Source of the DNA: Macrostomum lignano
Taxonomy: Eukaryota
NCBI GenBank assembly: GCA_002269645.1
Contig: NIVC01002750.1
Location: 1 to 64,000, forward strand
Direction of reading: 5' to 3'
Length of the DNA: 64,000 nt
Below are positions 12,940-25,985 of the stretch, piece after piece; the first letter of the stretch is position 1; the number at the start of each line of letters is the position of its first letter. The position numbers and the translations under genes were made by a program. The notes under the pieces are model-generated. The model was not told the origin of the DNA, searched no databases, and saw nothing but the letters and a program-made list of their open reading frames with translations.

Positions 12940-14990
12940 CGGATTTGGAATGGTTCTAGTGAAACCGGAAGTTGTCTAACAATGATAAAAATTAGATTTG
13001 GAATGATTCTGGTGAAACAGGAAGTTGTCTAACAATGATAAAAATTAGATTTGGAATGATTCTGGTGAAACAGGAAGTTGTCTAACAATGATAAAAATTA
13101 GATTTGGAATGATTCTGGTGAAACCGGAAGTTGTCTAACAATGATAAAAATTAGATTTGGAATGATTCTGGTGAAACAGGAAGTTGTCTAACAATGATAA
13201 ACATTAGGTTTGTAATGATTCTAGTGAAACCGGAAGTTGTCTGACAATGATAAAAATTAGATTTGTAATGATTCTAGTGAAGCTGGAAGTTGTCTATCAA
13301 TGATAAACATTAGATTTGTAATGATTCTAGTGAAACCGGAAGTTGTCTGACAATGATAAAAATTAGATTTGTAATGATTCTGGTGAAACCGGAAGTTGTC
13401 TGACAAAGATAAAAATTAGATTTGTAATGATTCTGGTGAAACCGGAAGTTGTCTATCAAAGATAAAAAATAAATTTGGAATGATTCTAGTGAAACGGGAA
13501 GTTGTCTAACAATGATAAAAATTAGATTTATAATGATTCTAGTAAAACAGGAAGTCTGTCTGACAATGATAAAAATAGATTTGGAATGATTCTAGTGAAA
13601 CTGGAAGTTGTCTATCAAAGATAAAAAATAGATTTGGAATGATTCTGGTGAAACCGGAAGTTGTCTATCAAAGATAAAAAATAGATTTGGAATGATTCTG
13701 GTGAAACCGGAAGTTGTCTATCAAAGATAAAAAATAGATTTGGAATGATTCTAGTAAAACAGGAAGTCTGTCTGACAATGATAAAAAATAGATTTGGAAT
13801 GATTCTAGTGAAACCGGAAGTTGTCTGACAATGATAAAAAATAGATTTGGAATGATTCTAGTGAAACCGGAAGTTGTCTGACAATGATAAAAATTAGATT
13901 TGTAATGATTCTAGTGAAACGGGAAGTTGTCTGACAATGATAAAAATTAGATTTGTAATGATTCTAGTGAAACCGGAAGTTGTCTGACAATGATAAAAAT
14001 TAGATTTGTAATGATTCTAGTGAAACCGGAAGTTGTCTGACAATGATAAAAATTAGATTTGTAATGATTCTAGTGAAGCTGGAAGTTGTCTATCAATGAT
14101 AAACATTAGATTTGTAATGATTCTAGTGAAACCGGAAGTTGTCTGACAATGATAAAAATTAGATTTGTAATGATTCTGGTGAAACCGGAAGTTGTCTGAC
14201 AAAGATAAAAATTAGATTTGTAATGATTCTGGTGAAACCGGAAGTTGTCTATCAAAGATAAAAAATAAATTTGGAATGATTCTAGTGAAACGGGAAGTTG
14301 TCTAACAATGATAAAAATTAGATTTATAATGATTCTAGTAAAACAGGAAGTCTGTCTGACAATGATAAAAAATAGATTTGGAATGATTCTAGTGAAACTG
14401 GAAGTTGTCTATCAAAGATAAAAAATAGATTTGGAATGATTCTGGTGAAACCGGAAGTTGTCTATCAAAGATAAAAAATAGATTTGGAATGATTCTGGTG
14501 AAACCGGAAGTTGTCTATCAAAGATAAAAAATAGATTTGGAATGATTCTAGTAAAACAGGAAGTCTGTCTGACAATGATAAAAAATAGATTTGGAATGAT
14601 TCTAGTGAAACCGGAAGTTGTCTGACAATGATAAAAAATAGATTTGGAATGATTCTAGTGAAACCGGAAGTTGTCTGACAATGATAAAAATTAGATTTGT
14701 AATGATTCTAGTGAAACGGGAAGTTGTCTGACAATGATAAAAATTAGATTTGTAATGATTCTAGTGAAACCGGAAGTTGTCTAACAATGATAAAAAATAG
14801 ATTTGTAATGATTCTGGTGAAACCGGAAGTTGTCTAACAATGATAAAAAATAGATTTGGAATGATTCTGGTGAAACCGGAAGTTGTCTAACAATGATAAA
14901 AAATAGATTTGGAATGATTCTAGTGAAACTGGAAGTTGTCTGACAATGTTAAAAATTAGATTTGGAATATTCTAGTGCAACCGGAAGTTG
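12940..14990 (+). repeat. 53-bp minisatellite GTGAAACCGGAAGTTGTCTGACAATGATAAAAATTAGATTTGTAATGATTCTA
   Basis: About 38 units with a roughly 795-bp (15-unit) higher-order duplication. Confidence 0.95.
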
Positions 14991-15608
14991 CATAATAATG
15001 ATAGTAGCAAATTTGGTAGGAGAAGACAATGATAAGTTTACTTTGTATCGGTCCAGTGAAAAACAACTCGTATCAAAAGAATTGTTCAAAGTGCAGATAC
15101 AACTTACTAACAACGATTCTATTAAAGAAGAAAATTGTCTTTGAAAAAAAAAGCATTTACCGCGATGAGCTTGAAACGATTGCGCAGCGCAGTGACAACT
15201 AGGAAATGCAAACAAAGTAGAATTCGCGTATTCAAGTGGATAAATGTTTGTTTAGCTAGACTAGACATCCGGAATTGCTTGATTGACAGTTTTAAGTTTG
15301 ATGGTCTGTCAGTCTGCTTTTCGGGTGAAGGGCTGCGAAGTTTATTCGAGGTATAAATAGTGTTGTGTCTCGGAGCATTACTGGTGTGCTTATGGGTTAA
15401 CATTTTTGCCGGACATCTGCAGCACTTAACCTGTGTTTACTTTTACTTAATAAATAGGTTTTCATAGATTAGAGCATCATTTTGTCTTTATATTAATACC
15501 GTTTTTATGCATTAACTTGTCACTTATATATAACCAAGCTTTATGTTGTAAATTACTCGGAGTTTGTTTGTTGTCATTATTTGCTGTTCGTTTGCTGTGA
15601 CCATGTGT

Positions 15609-16419
<811 letters not shown>

Positions 16420-16977
16420 ATCATCTACCCATTTAACTAAGTAGTGCTGTCTTATATTCAATTGCTATAATTAAGTATATAATTTTTAATACCCACAACA
16501 AAGAATATAATTTTTACTTTTATTAAACTCATACTAACACACCTGGCCTGTTTCAGATTTAAAGAAGTAATCAGGATTCAAGCAGCCTCATCGCCGATGG
16601 CCTCAGTAAGACAGATTTTAATTTGCGCGGACTGTAAAGCATCACATTATGAAATTTCCATTAGCTGATTAATGGTGAATCGTAATCAGCTATCAGAAGC
16701 TCTGCTTGGTTATTAATTGGCCTAATTATATTGTTAGTAGAAACACAAAACTCTGTTTTATTTTATATTCTCTGCCTTCATATAAACTCGTGTTTTTTTC
16801 GTTTTTTGTTTTTCATATGAATTTTGTACTAAAAATTGAAATTCTATTTCTAATGCAAGATACTTTGCAGTATAAAGTTTATCGAAGTAAAATTCTGTTA
16901 CTATACATAATTAACTGAGCTTTCTGGTAACTAAAAACAATTAAACTTGCATCTACACTACTGTTTGCCCTTTTCAC

Positions 16978-17250
16978 TTAGAGGCGAGGGGCTGTGTGCT
17001 GCCCATTGCTGTCCATTCCGCCGACTCCCCTGAGCAGGCACACATGCGCGCAGATGCGTACGCAGTCATACGCACAGGCACACACTCACCAGGAGGGTAC
17101 AGCGGCCCTAACTTTATTTATCGTTAGGCATGTACACTTCACTGTGCCTTGGGGGCTGGCCTTCAAGCTGGGCGTTAATTGCACGAGCAGAGCCAAGTCG
17201 AGATTCCAGTTTAGACTGCCTTTGGAATCGAGCCTGGGCCGCTGGGCTAT
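16978..17250 (-). mobile_element. tRNA-derived SINE family B, copy with internally deleted head
   Basis: Near-identical to 34964-35327 over about 250 bp (ccattccgccgactcccctgagcaggca..gtacagcggccctaacttta..cgttaggcatgtacacttcactg). On the minus strand, A-box TAGCCCAGCGG is joined almost directly to B-box GGCTCGATTCC. Confidence 0.7.
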
Positions 17251-17280
17251 CTATAATAATCCTATTACACTATTTAAAAG

Positions 17281-17582
17281 GGGGTTGTAGCCTAGTGATC
17301 AGAGCGTCGGACTCACGACTTGAAGGTCCGGGGTTCGATTCCCGATCCCACTGGAACAATTTGTGTCCTTGAGCAAGACACTTAACTCTGCATTGCTTCA
17401 GTTCACCCAGCTGTAAAATGGGTGCCAGCATTAGCTGGGGTAATAAAGGGTATGTTGTGGCGACCCCCCAGTCCTTGGACTGAACAGCCGTACGCAGCCT
17501 TCAGATGCACTTCGCAATAGCTGCGGCTGAGCTGTCGGTTGCACATCTGGCCCGATTGGGGCAGGTGTAATCAATTATTATT
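17281..17582 (+). mobile_element. tRNA-derived SINE family A with CORE-like central domain
   Basis: A-box TAGCCTAGTGA and B-box GGTTCGATTCCC, followed by TGTGTCCTTGAGCAAGACACTTAACTCT..CAGTT..CTGTAAAATGGG, which resembles the remembered MIR/CORE consensus. Structured 3' end and (ATT)n tail. Confidence 0.75.
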
Positions 17583-18773
17583 TATAAACTACTTAAGCAT
17601 CCTTTTGTTGTCTGATTTTTAGAAAACACATTTCTTCTTAGTATTAAAAAACAATAATTAACAAAAAAGTTTGTTCTTACAAAGTCTACTTCGATACATA
17701 TCGTTAGTTACGACTAGTAGTTTAGATGATTTTTGTGCTTGTTTAGCAGCAACAGAGCAGGATCTCTATTTGTTTTTTAGTGTTTCTGTATGTGTGTGTT
17801 TTTGACACTCTGATTACAAAATGATAACTTTATTTATTATGTATTGTGATTGGTCACGTGCGTATCTTGCTTATAATAGACAATTAAAACAAAATATATG
17901 CAAGTATAATAATAATTAAAAAGTGTACCTTTTAAATCTGTTTTTACTATGTGTATTTTATGTATGTTTGATTTCAATTTAAAGACTTTCGCACGAAGTT
18001 CTTCGTTACTGAATTTGTTACTGTATACTAATATTTTATTTAATATTGATTCGCATCGAAAATAAGACATTCTTGAAAGCACAATAGACAGCATCTAATA
18101 TAAATAAATATATCTATTTCAAGACTAAAAATGCTTTGTGTATGCTTTCTATCGATTGTTTTTTAGCGTCATATAGTTTGTTTGCTTCTTTGTTTAAGGC
18201 TATAAAGTCAGTTTTCGTTTTCTAAAAACTAGAAAAAAATCTGGGCCGTAGCCTTGAACAATTCTTACAATAAAAGTACAAAATCATTTTGAATTCTTCT
18301 ATTCCACTTTTCCGTTAGCTAGGTATAGTTAGGTATATCTAGAAGAGAATTTATGTCTAGAAGTATGCAATTTTCTATAGTGCTATAATGAACATACTGC
18401 CAAAAGTATTTCTGCACAGATCATGGACCTTTGTAGATACCTGGCTTTGATAAATATTCTGCTAGTCATGATCCGCCTCCAGTCCAAATATCGAGATGAT
18501 GTCCTTGGTAGTTTCAGACCTCCCACGTTGCCGGTGAAACCATAAATATTCGCTTAGCTATTCAGAAATATTTTGTCGTCAACTTTGCACCAACAAAAGT
18601 CAACTTTCTTCGACAATGCTTTTCTAGAATATAATTTGAGTGTGCTTGTGAAAATTAAAAAAATTATCATAGTGAGACTAGAGTTATAAAACGTTAGGTT
18701 TAAGCTAAGGTTTAGGTTTAAGTTTAGGTTTAGGTTAAGGCAGAATTTTGGCACACTTTTTTAACTCGGTTAA

Positions 18774-19030
18774 GTGAGGAGAGGAGGAGAAACGAGAGAT
18801 GGAAAGATGAGAAAAAAGAAGAGAGAGAGAAGAGAGAAGGGCCAGAGGAGAGAAAAGGGGAAGAGAGGACAGAAGAGAAAAGAAGAGGGGAGAGAAGAGG
18901 TAGAGGAGAGAGAAGAAGAGAAGGGAAGGAGAAGAAAAGAAAGAAGGGTGAGAGAGATGAGAAGGAGAGTGAGGAGAGAGTGGAGAGAGGAGAAAAGGGG
19001 AGAGAAAAAGGGCAGAGAGGAGAGAGGAGG
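18774..19030 (+). repeat. GA-rich low-complexity tract
   Basis: Almost exclusively purines on the plus strand. Confidence 0.85.
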
Positions 19031-19191
19031 GCCTTCAAGTTTCAAAGGACGTGGGAACCGGAGAGAGAGGCTTTGCGGGCCGGAGTTTGCCGACCCCTTG
19101 TGTTAGGGTTTTGCAGTCCATATTTGGCAGTCAGGAGTTGCAGGCTTAGTTGCACGACTTTCAGCTTTAAAAGTGGACTTATTTAATAAAA

Positions 19192-19552
19192 ATAAGAACC
19201 CCATTCAAACACCAAATGAGAACCCCATTCAGACACCAACTGAGAACCCCACTCAGACACTAAACGAGAACCTCATTCAGACACCAAATGAGAACCCCAT
19301 TCAGACACCAACTGAGAACCCCATTCAGACACCAAATGAGAACCCCATTCAGACACCAACTGAGAACCCCACTCAGACACTAAACGAGAACCTCATTCAG
19401 ACACCAAATGAGAACCCCATTCAGACACCAAATGAGAACCTCCTTCAGACACCAACTGAGAACCCCATTCAGACACCAAATGAGAACCTCATTCAGACAC
19501 CAAATGAGAACCTCATTCAGACACCAACTGAGAACCCCACTCAGACACTAAA
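19192..19552 (+). repeat. 24-bp minisatellite GAGAACCCCATTCAGACACCAAAT
   Basis: About 15 units just upstream of the FBXO9 ORF. Confidence 0.95.
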
Positions 19553-19602
19553 GCAGTCAATCCATGATGTACTTCAATTCATTGCGCTAATAAATTTCAT
19601 GC

Positions 19603-19881
19603 ATGTCTAGCCAAACTGAAAGCAGCAAACAAGCAAGCGGCAGCGCAGCCGGCTGCGATGACTGTCAAGATGCCGAGGATGACGAAGCGTCTTCATCCTC
19701 CTCTTCTTCGTCTTCTTCAACTTCTTCATCCCTAGCCGGATCGCCCGCTACTGTGGGCGCGGCCGCAGTTGCTTCCGGCCGTCGAGGCGTCGATCATCAG
19801 CAGGGCCTGTCGGACGCGTTGGAGCATTTTCGACGCGACTGGCGTCAGGAGCTGGAATCGCGTCGTGGTCGACAGCAGCCG

Positions 19882-19913
<32 letters not shown>

Positions 19914-22900
19914 ACAGCAAAAGCAACAAGAATTGAAGCCAATCGTGGATTCATTGCGTCATCTTCAACTGCAGAAAGTTGACAACGGTAGCGACGACGA
20001 ATTTGATGAAGATGATGACGACAATGACGAAGTTGAAGAAGAAACGTTTGTCAAAGAAATCAAAGATGAACAAAGAGAAGATGATAAAGACTCTGATGAT
20101 GACAATAGCTCTGCCGCTAATTTGACCAGCCTGCCAACTGAATGCCTGCTATTAATAGCCCAATGGATTGTTGGCGGCAATAACCAGCTGGACTATCGGA
20201 GCCTGTGCCGTTTGGCCAGCGTGTCGCGCGTGTTCCACCGGCTGGCTCACGATCGCCTGCTCTGGTCGATGATCGGTCGACGGCTATGGGGCATCGATTG
20301 CGCTACTAGGGAGCTGGTGTTGAGCAGAGCTCAGCCGCTATTCGACGGCGTCTACATTGGCAGGTGTAGCTACGTTAGAATTGGCGAACGCGACATTGGC
20401 CAGTGCTATCGACCCTGCTTTCTAATCGAATATTATCGCTATCTGAGATTCCATCCGCCGGCTAGAGGCCAAGCCCTGCGGGGTCGAGTCGAATTATTGA
20501 CTTCCAATGACCCGCCGGAGCTTCTACTGCCGAACTTGTCATTGCAGTCGAGCTTGCTGACAGGCGAATACGAGTACCGGCTTCCCGGCAGCGACTCGGA
20601 GCCCTGCCTGCTGCGCTGCGTCTTCCGCACCCGACAGACTGGCGGCGGCGGTGGCGGCGTTGGCAAACGCGGAGCCGCTTCCTCGGCCGCCTGGGAACGG
20701 AGTGTGGATTATTTCTGCGATTTCCAAGTGAAGCCCAGCGCTTCCATTGCTGCGCTGCAGGAGGAGGCAGCGGCGCCGGCGCCGGCTGGGCCCGGGGACG
20801 ACGTTGAGGATGGCGCATCGAAAGCTGCCAGACGGAGGAGTCGCCTGGCAACGAGGTGGAACTGCCGGATTCACTGGCTGCGTTATGAGATGGCCATTCG
20901 GTGAGTGCGGCTGTTCTGGGTCTTGATGGCATAGGTGGCTTGATGGTCCTTAAGTCTCCCGGATACTCAGTTGCTGGGCCAGCCTCCCAGATCCTCAGTT
21001 GCTGAGCCAGCCTCCCAGATCCTCAGTTGCTGGGCCAGCCTCCCAGATACTCAGTTGCTGGGCCAGCCTCCCAAATCCTCAGTTTCTGGGCCAGCCTCCC
21101 AGATCCTCAGTTGCTGAGCCAGCCTCCCAGATCCTCAGTTGCTGGGCCAGCCTCCCAAATCCTCAGTTGCTGGGCCAGCCTCCCAGATCCTCAGTTGCTG
21201 GGCCAGCCTCCCAGATCCTCAGTTGCTGAGCCAGCCTCCCAGATCCTCAGTTGCTGAGCCAGCCTCCCAGATCCTCAGTTGCTGGGCCAGCCTCCCAGAT
21301 CCTCAGTTGCTGGGCCAGCCTCCCAGATCCTCAGTTGCTGGGCCAGCCTCCCAGATCCTCAGTTGCTGGGCCAGCCTCCCAGATCCTCAGTTGCTGGGCC
21401 AGCCTCCCAGATCCTCAGTTGCTGGGCCAGCCTCCCAGATCCTCAGTTGCTGGGCCAGCCTCCCAGATCCTCAGTTCGTTCGCACTTCTGTGACCAGGAA
21501 ATACTTAAAATAAAGTGCACATCTATTCCAGCAGGGCAAAAAACTATTCGCAAACTTTTACAGCCCTGCGCAACGATTTATGCGTTTTAACCTAACATCA
21601 GTACATCACTGTTTTGTCGCCTTTGAATTTAGAATATATGCAATATTAGTAATATGGCTTTCATGCCAATAAAATATATTTATCACTGGGAAATTCCTTG
21701 AAGGAAGACAGAGGGAGAGATAGGGGCGGCGATATTGCTGACACAGTTGGGTTTTTGTGGAATTCACAAATCTTTTAGGGAGTTTTTTGTTCACCTTTTC
21801 TCCTATTCACAAAGGCCCGACCCCCCAGCTGCATGCGTGCACACGCCAGACGTAATTTTATACTGGCCTCATCAATCTTTGAACTTTCAACACCAGCTGG
21901 GGGGCCTTGTGTAGGTTGTTTGCTATAGGCGTGTTAGTATGGCAATATTATGCTAGAGGTTCATCGTTATCTGTTTTTTGAATCTTGTTTGTTTGCCGAA
22001 TCTTTACTGCTTTTGACTGTCTCCGCTCGTACCTATTTTATTCTTTCGCTCGCTTCGCTTGATGGCATTATTAAATTTAACTGCTTTTTTATTGCCTGAT
22101 AGAGGAAAATCTTCATGCGTCTGCCTTTCTGCCGGTCTGGTTTGTCTCTTCACTGGCTAGGTGCGGTACTGCTCATTTGCGTGACTTTCTTCGTACCGGT
22201 GCTCTCTGGCTGTCCTGACTACCTCCCTTACCCTCTCTGTGCCTCCCTGACGCTCTCTGTGCCTCCCTGACCCTCTCTGTGCCTCCCTGACCCTCTCTGT
22301 GCCTCCCTTACCCTCTCTGTGCCTCCCTGACCCTCTCTGTGCCTCCCTGACCCTCTCTGTGCCTCCCTGACGCTCTCTGTGCCTCCCTGACGCTCTCTGT
22401 GCCTCCCTGACCCTCTCTGTGCCTCCCTGACCCTCTCTGTGCCTCCCTGACCCTCTCTGTGCCTCCCTGACCCTCTCTGTGCCTCCCTGACCCTCTCTGT
22501 GCCTCCCTGACCCTCTCTGTGCCTCCCTGACGCTCTCTGTGCCTCCCTGACCCTCTCTGTGCCTCCCTGACCCTCTCTGTGCCTCCCTGACCCTCTCTGT
22601 GCCTCCCTGACACTCTCTGTGCCTCCCTGACCCTCTCTGTGCCTCCCTGACGCTCTCTGTGCCTCCCTGACGCTCTCTGTGCCTCCCTGACACTCTCTGT
22701 GCCTCCCTGACCCTCTCTGTGCCTCCCTGACCATCTGTGCCTCCCTGACCCTCTCTGTGCCTCCCTGACCATCTGTGCCTCCCTGACACTCTCTGTGCCT
22801 CCCTGACCCTCTCTGTGCCTCCCTGACCCTCTCTGTGCCTCCCTGACGCTCTCTGTGCCTCCCTGACACTCTCTGTGCCTCCCTGACCCTCTCTGTGCCT

Positions 22901-23602
22901 CCCTGACCATCTGTGCCTCCCTGACCCTCTCTGTGCCTCCCTGACCCTCTTTGCCTCCCTGACCCTCTGTGCCTCCCTGACCCTCTGTGCCTCCCTGACC
23001 CTCTGTGCCTCCCTGACCCTCTGTGCCTCCCTGACCCTCTCTGTGCCTCCCTGACCCTCTCTGTGCCTCCTTGACCTTTTCTGTGCCTCCCTCCCTTACC
23101 CTCTCTGTGCCTCCCTGACCCTCTCTGTGCCTCCCTGACGCTCTCTGTGCCTCCCTGACCCTCTCTGTGCCTCCCTGACGCTCTCTGTGCCTCCCTGACC
23201 CTCTCTGTGCCTCCCTGACCCTCTCTGTGCCTCCCTGACCCTCTCTGTGCCTCCCTGACGCTCTCTGTGCCTCCCTGACGCTCTCTGTGCCTCCCTGACC
23301 CTCTCCGTGCCTCCCTGACGCTCTCTGTGCCTCCCTGACCCTCTCCGTGCCTCCATGACCCTCTCTGTGCCTCCCTGACCCTCTCCGTGCCTCCCTCCCT
23401 GACCCTCTCTGTGCCTCCCTGACCCTCTCCATGCCTCCCTCCCTGACCCTCTCTGTGCCTCCCTCCCTGACCCACATTCAGATCCTGCATTTTCGTAGAC
23501 GTTCTACGATACAGCATTGGTCCGGCCTGTTTTAAATTTCAAAAAATGGTCACAATTTTCGTATTTCTTGCCAAAAGCTATGACCATTACAATCGTATAT
23601 AA
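19603..23602 (+). CDS. FBXO9: F-box only protein 9 homolog
   Basis: ORF 19603-20900 has the F-box (LPTECLLLIAQWIVGG..LDYRSLCRLASVSRVF) and the FBXO9 signature FDGVYIGRCSYVRIGE..IEYYRYLRFHP. Donor cg|gtgagt follows 20900. A phase-compatible candidate last exon at 23482-23602 encodes KMVTIFVFLAKSY, weakly like the FBXO9 end KMYTPLFFARVRSY. The last exon and the start codon are less certain. Confidence 0.85.
20955..21476 (+). repeat. 28-bp minisatellite CTCCCAGATCCTCAGTTGCTGGGCCAGC
   Basis: About 18 units beginning shortly after the FBXO9 donor. Confidence 0.95.
22222..23473 (+). repeat. 20-bp minisatellite CTCCCTGACCCTCTCTGTGC
   Basis: About 62 units ending at the candidate FBXO9 acceptor. 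Confidence 0.95.
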
Positions 23603-24498
23603 TAATGACCGCTAAAAGTTCAGATTGGCTTGCAATACGGTTCGTATAAATTTTAAAGAAATTGAAATGCGTTTGACTGCAGTTCCAATACCATGATTAA
23701 GGATCTTATTTGCTGCCATTATTCTGTTAAACTGCTTGCGAAAAAAGAAGCCTTATGTAAGTCATTAGTTCAAAAAGTGGAATGCTTTCGAGGTCTGTTT
23801 TGACTTTACCCCCAAAAATTTCGGCGAAAAAAGAAGAACAAGAAGAACCGAGAAGTACAAGGCTGAAGAACCCCAATTTGACAGTCAGAATGTGAAGGAT
23901 TCTTTGAAACAGGCCTTCAAAACTGTTTGATTCCTTGCTTTCGTTGCCACTTGAAACTTTTGACAGACAGATATTCCTGTATGGAAGATCGCAGAAAGAT
24001 CCGCAGGAATGAGGCCTGCTAAAGTCATTGCTATGTAGATGGCGTTCTTCTATTCTCCGTGCTGTTGCCAATTTAAATGCTGAAAGTTCACGCAGTCATG
24101 TTCCTCATCTGCTGAGCTAGTTCGATCTGTTAAACTATCATTTTCCTCTCTTGATAAGTTGGCATCCGTACTCGTTCGCATTCGTTGCTAACCGAATCTA
24201 GTTTAATTTAACTGTCCGCCTGCCTCTGTATCTGGGGGCTAGTCTCTTGGGGGGCGAGGAGATGACTGAAACGAGTACTCGGGAAAAATTGATGCAAAGT
24301 TATCCGATTTTATATTGTACATTGGGCGTCCCGAGACAGTGTGAAGACTCAGTGAGCCTACTGCAGTACAGTACCGCTGGAAATTGTCTGATAAAGTAGC
24401 TTATATCAGTTAGTAATTTAAAATACAGTTGATTTTTTAATAATTATTGAAGTGTCCATCCCGAAGCCACTGGCAATTGTAACACTTAGGGTGCTAAG

Positions 24499-25183
24499 TA
24501 GGAAATACAATCCCGGGATCCCCATCAATTTAGTTGTTCTACTTTGATTTCTTAATCTTTCAAGCATGCAGGCTAGTGAGTAGAAGGCTGTAGGGCTGCA
24601 GAGATGCAAAACAGAAGCTGTAAAGGTGTAATAACGTAGAACTACCTTATGCAGTCCCTAACTTCAAAACTCCTTGGCCGTAGTGGGGATTAGAACAGTG
24701 GGACCTTGCTATCGCACCACAACCCAAGCTACCCATTCTTCATATAGGTCGGGTGTCCCTGGGAGGGTGAGGGCTGATCCCCTTCTACCCTGGTATCAGT
24801 GCCTCGGGCCATATAGTTCTGTAAGCTATCATTCTCCAGGTTGCATCACAATCAAGTGTGATTTTCCTGAGCTGATACCGGCATGTAAAAAAGCACGTCT
24901 AAAAGCACGCCAGCCCGTACATCACACGTCACACTCCAATTAAGAGCTCATTGTCAGTTTCTTGTTTGTAAAATATTTTATTCTGTTGTACTTTAATCAT
25001 TGAAAGCCCTTTAAAATCAGGTTGGATGGCTTCGTAAACCAAAATTACACCAACAAGAATTATAAACATTTTCGATCCCAGGATCCCGGCCCAATTCGTC
25101 GGGATCCCGGGATTGGCTAAGTCCGGGATATCCCGATCCCGAGAATCCCGGGATTGGCAAAACTCGGGATTTTGTAATCCATA
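24499..25183. mobile_element. hAT-like MITE / non-autonomous DNA transposon
   Basis: Imperfect terminal inverted repeats TAGGAAATACAATCCCG and TATGGATTACAAAATCCCG, with subterminal ATCCCGGGAT repeats. The flanking 8-mers gtgctaag and gcgctgag (6/8 identical) fit a decayed 8-bp TSD. Confidence 0.5.
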
Positions 25184-25985
25184 GCGCTGAGGCGAGAGAG
25201 AAGAGAGTTATTTATGACGAGAAGCTGGATTTAATCTGCCATTTGTTGGCCACAGGGTTTCGGGATGGAAACTTGAACATGTTGCTGGACTGACTGGACG
25301 CAGGCGATTGTCGAAAGCTAGCGGCTTCTGTAACTTGAGCGCGCACGTTAGCTTTGAACAAGAAGTTAATCAGTATATTTAGATTTCGACAAGAAGAAAT
25401 TCTAGTCAAGTTTTTTTAAGAGAAGCAAAATAGTTGGCATGCTGAATAGACGAGGCGTCGTGTTTTCTCTTATGTGTCAGTCAGCTCAGTTGCTAAGGGC
25501 TAATTTAAACTTATGCCTATGACGTCTTTTACAACATACGACTGAGAGTAGTTCGTTTGCACGTTAACTACAACTGTGGCAAGTAGAAAAGGTAGTCTGC
25601 GCATAAAAATAAATTTTACTGTCAGGAGTTCTGAAATTGCGGAGGAGTTTTGACATTATATGGTAGCGTAGATTCATTGTGTAAGAAATGCCTATGAAAT
25701 TAGTGTTCAAAGAGTGTAACTCCTGTGTAACATCTGTGTGTAAAATTTATGTGCAACACTAGTGAAAACACCTGTAACACACAAGTGTAATGCGTATAAA
25801 GCATTGTATAGGTGGGGCCAACCAGTTCAGAAACACGAAAACGGTAATTATATTAAGCCAAAATAAAGTACAAAGCTGAGAGCGCAAGATAGATCAGATC
25901 ATGTATATATAGATGTATAGATAGATCAAAATCTGTATAGATTTATATAGACTCTATAGTCTATAGAAGGTGAGATTCTATAATC

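Noticed and set aside
17281-17350. tRNA gene
   Set aside because: A and B boxes are present, but there is no full cloverleaf or terminator and the sequence continues into a SINE body.
17600-18660. AT-rich block with short Lys-rich ORFs as a decayed transposase or foreign gene
   Set aside because: Multiple stops and no identifiable motif. Cannot be supported without a search.
18695-18740. Interstitial telomeric repeat
   Set aside because: Only a few degenerate TTTAGG units; more likely part of a small DNA element.
19173-19610. NENPIQTP repeat ORF next to FBXO9
   Set aside because: A 24-bp unit is open by arithmetic. It is out of frame with FBXO9 and has no homology support.
22157-23517. Long minus-strand Arg/Gly/Glu-rich ORFs
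   Set aside because: Three-frame translation of the 20-bp array.
23727-24071. 114-aa minus-strand ORF, with nearby ORFs at 24418 and 25212, as a gene
   Set aside because: Non-ATG starts, no recognisable motif, and no phase-consistent exon chain found. One ORF crosses a MITE end.
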